Shown here piece after piece: positions 61,801 to 64,000 of a DNA stretch of 64,000 nt; the stretch's first letter is position 1; each line of letters begins with the position of its first letter. The notes under the pieces were generated by a model. That model had not been told where the DNA came from, ran no database searches, and saw nothing but the letters and a program-made list of their open reading frames with translations. Made by a program: the position numbers and the translations under genes. The stretch is from Mobula hypostoma (taxonomy: Eukaryota): NCBI RefSeq assembly GCF_963921235.1, contig NC_086097.1:252590001-252654000 (forward strand), in the 5' to 3' direction.

Positions 61801-63475
61801 CTATTAGGGAAGTTAACGTCACCCATGATAACGACCCTGTTATTTTTGCACCTTTCCAAAATCGGTCTCCCAATCTGCTCTTCAGTATCTCTGCTGCTAC
61901 CAGGGGGCCTTTAGAATACTCCCAACAGAGTTACTGCTCTCTTCCTGTTCCTGACTTCCACCCAATCTGACTCAAAAGAGGATCCTGCTACATTACCCAT
62001 CCTTTCTGTAGCTGTAATAGTATTCCTGACCAGTAATGCCACCACTCCCCCCCCCTTTTTCCTCCCTCTCTATCCCTTTTAAAGCACTGAAATCCGGGAA
62101 TATTGAGAATCCATTCCTGCCCTGGTGCCAGCCAAGTCTCTGTAATGGCCACTACATCATAATTCCATGTATGTATCCAAGCTCTTAGTTCATCACCTTT
62201 GTTCCTGATGCTTCTTGCATTGAAGTACACGCACTTTAGCTCTTCTACCTTACTGTCTTTACACCGTTTATTCTGCTTCTCTTTCCTCAAAGCCTCTTTA
62301 TATGTTAGATCTGGCTTTACTCCATGCACTACACTTGTAGTTCTCGCATGACCTTTATCCTCCTCCACCTCACTATCTGCTCTAATACTCTGTTCCCCCC
62401 ACCCCCCCGCAAATCTAGTTTAAACCCCCCGGAGCAGCACTGGCAAACCTTCCCGCAAGCATGTTAGTCCCCTCCAGTTCAGGTGCAACCCCTCCCGTTG
62501 GAACAGGTCCCACCTTCCCTGGAACAAGGCCCAATTGTCCAGAAACATGAAGCCCTCCCTCCTGCACCAACTCCTTAGCCACGTATTTAGCTGCATTATC
62601 TTCCTATTTCTAGCCTCACTAGCACGTGGCATAGGTAGCAATCCTGAGATTGCAACCCTGGAGGTCCAGTCCTTCAACTTTGCACATAACTCCCTAAGTT
62701 CTCTTTGCAAGACCTCCTCCTTCTTCCTATCTACGTCATTGGTCCCTACATGGACCGCGACATCTGGCTGCTCACCCTCCCTCTTGAGAATACTGAGAAC
62801 TCAATCCGAGATATCGCGGACCCTGGCACCAGGGAGGCAATAGACTATCTAGTTAACCACATTATCATCCAGATCATTGATACAGATTACAAACAACAAA
62901 GGACCCAGCAGGGATCCCTGTGGCACATCACTAGTCACAGCCCTTCAGTCAGAGAAGCAATCATCTACTACCACTCTCTGGCTTCTTCCACAAAGCCAAT
63001 GTCTGATCTAATTTACTACCTCATCCTGAATACCAAGTAACTGAACCTTCTTGACCAGCCTCCCATGCGGGGCCTTGTCAAGTGCCTTGCTAAAGTCCAT
63101 GTAGACAGCATCCACTGCCTTGTTTTCATCCACTTTCCTGGTACATTCCTTGAACAGCTCTATAAGATTGGTTGAACATGACCTACCACGCATGAAGCTA
63201 TGCTGACTATCCTTAATCAGTCCATATTTATCCAAATACTGTCCAAATATCTGCTCCCTTAGAATACCTTCCAATAACTTTTCCACAACAGATGCCAGAC
63301 TCACTGGTCTATAATTTCCTGGTTTCTGTTTAAAGCTGTTTTTAAACATCGGAATAACATTGACTATCCTCCTATCCTTTGGTACCTCTCCTGTTGCTAA
63401 GGATGTTTAAGATATCTCTGCTAGGGCCCCAGCAATTTCTACACTTGCCTCCAATGGAGTCCGAGGGAACACCCT
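58885..63475 (-). mobile_element. Older CR1 RT region (58885-59378 and 62845-63475) split by a younger CR1
   Basis: NYRPVSLASVVEK..MDFSKALDK..VPQGSLLGP continues after the insert into ADSIKIG..LVRPNLEYCVQ. Confidence 0.88.
59380..62840 (-). mobile_element. Young CR1 (3' ORF1 plus almost intact ORF2 plus tail)
   Basis: ORF2 pieces 61988-62368, 61608-61859, 60171-61586 (471 aa) and 59358-60170 (270 aa, same frame after one TAG); ORF1 AISGLLP..GLHLN. Confidence 0.97.
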
Positions 63476-63699
63476 AAGACCATAAGACATAGGAGCAAAA
63501 TTAGGCCATTCAGTCCATTATGTCTGCTGGCATGTCATGGACAAGATGTACAAACTTTTTGCAGAGGTCAGAGGTCACTGGAATTGAACTCTGAACTTTG
63601 ATGCCCTGAGCTGTAATAGCGCCGTGGTAACCACTATGCTGCCATGATGCCTGATAACCATTCTCCTTATTTAGTTAGTGACAATTTAAAATTGATCAA

Positions 63700-64000
63700 C
63701 CTTCCTCCTTAACTTCCCATTGGAGTGCAGAGGGATGGGTTACACTCGAACCCGAGAGGGACCAATATCTTTGTGGACGGGTTTGCTAGAGTTGGGGATG
63801 GAGTTGTTGGTTTACAAACCGAGGCAGTGTGTAGGTGAGACTGCGTACAAAAAGAGGATGATGAAATTGCACTCAACAGGATGAGCTGCAATGTAAAAGG
63901 GAGACAAGATCAAAAAAGATGATGAGTACAGGACTGACGGTGTTATATTTGAATGTGTGCAGTACACAGAATAAAGTGGTGAACTTGTAGCAGTTACAGA
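63700..64000 (+). mobile_element. Old CR1 ORF1-end/ORF2-start fragment running off the window
   Basis: RDGLHSNPRGTNIF..RF and LTVLYLNVCSTQNK. Confidence 0.7.

Noticed and set aside
1..64000. Prokaryotic systems (CRISPR, retron, DGR, group II intron) suggested by the many RT fragments
   Set aside because: The RTs are non-LTR retrotransposon ORF2s with APE endonuclease and tails; there is no repeat-spacer array or operon structure

Overview
Eukaryotic, transposon-saturated, apparently intergenic or deep-intronic DNA. The repeat repertoire (many CR1 LINE families, Rex1/Babar, HE1-like V-SINEs, Penelope pseudo-LTRs) is typical of a cartilaginous fish such as a shark or ray; the taxon is an inference. 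By eye roughly 85-90% of the window is nested, mostly decayed mobile elements: CR1 (dominant, several families and ages), Rex1/Babar, L1/Tx1-like, L2-like, RTE and RTE-derived non-autonomous elements, tRNA-SINEs, Tc1, a complete non-autonomous hAT/Charlie with an 8-bp TSD, and Penelope-like (PLE) pieces. Nearly all listed ORFs are TE fragments or their antisense shadows. No host protein-coding gene could be recognised, only a few weak exon candidates. The most notable signal is a set of eight PLE pseudo-LTR copies carrying a minimal type I hammerhead ribozyme motif (AGTC-CTGAnGA-AGGGTCTCGGCCT-GAAAC-GTC-GACT). Two copies with intact cores form an inverted, TSD-flanked 0.73-kb module (20326-21051), and two to three others sit at junctions where host sequence is missing. 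Several short TSD-flanked non-autonomous elements built from LINE 5'UTR plus 3' tail with structured ends are also present. Boundaries were read by eye and are approximate except where TSDs are quoted.
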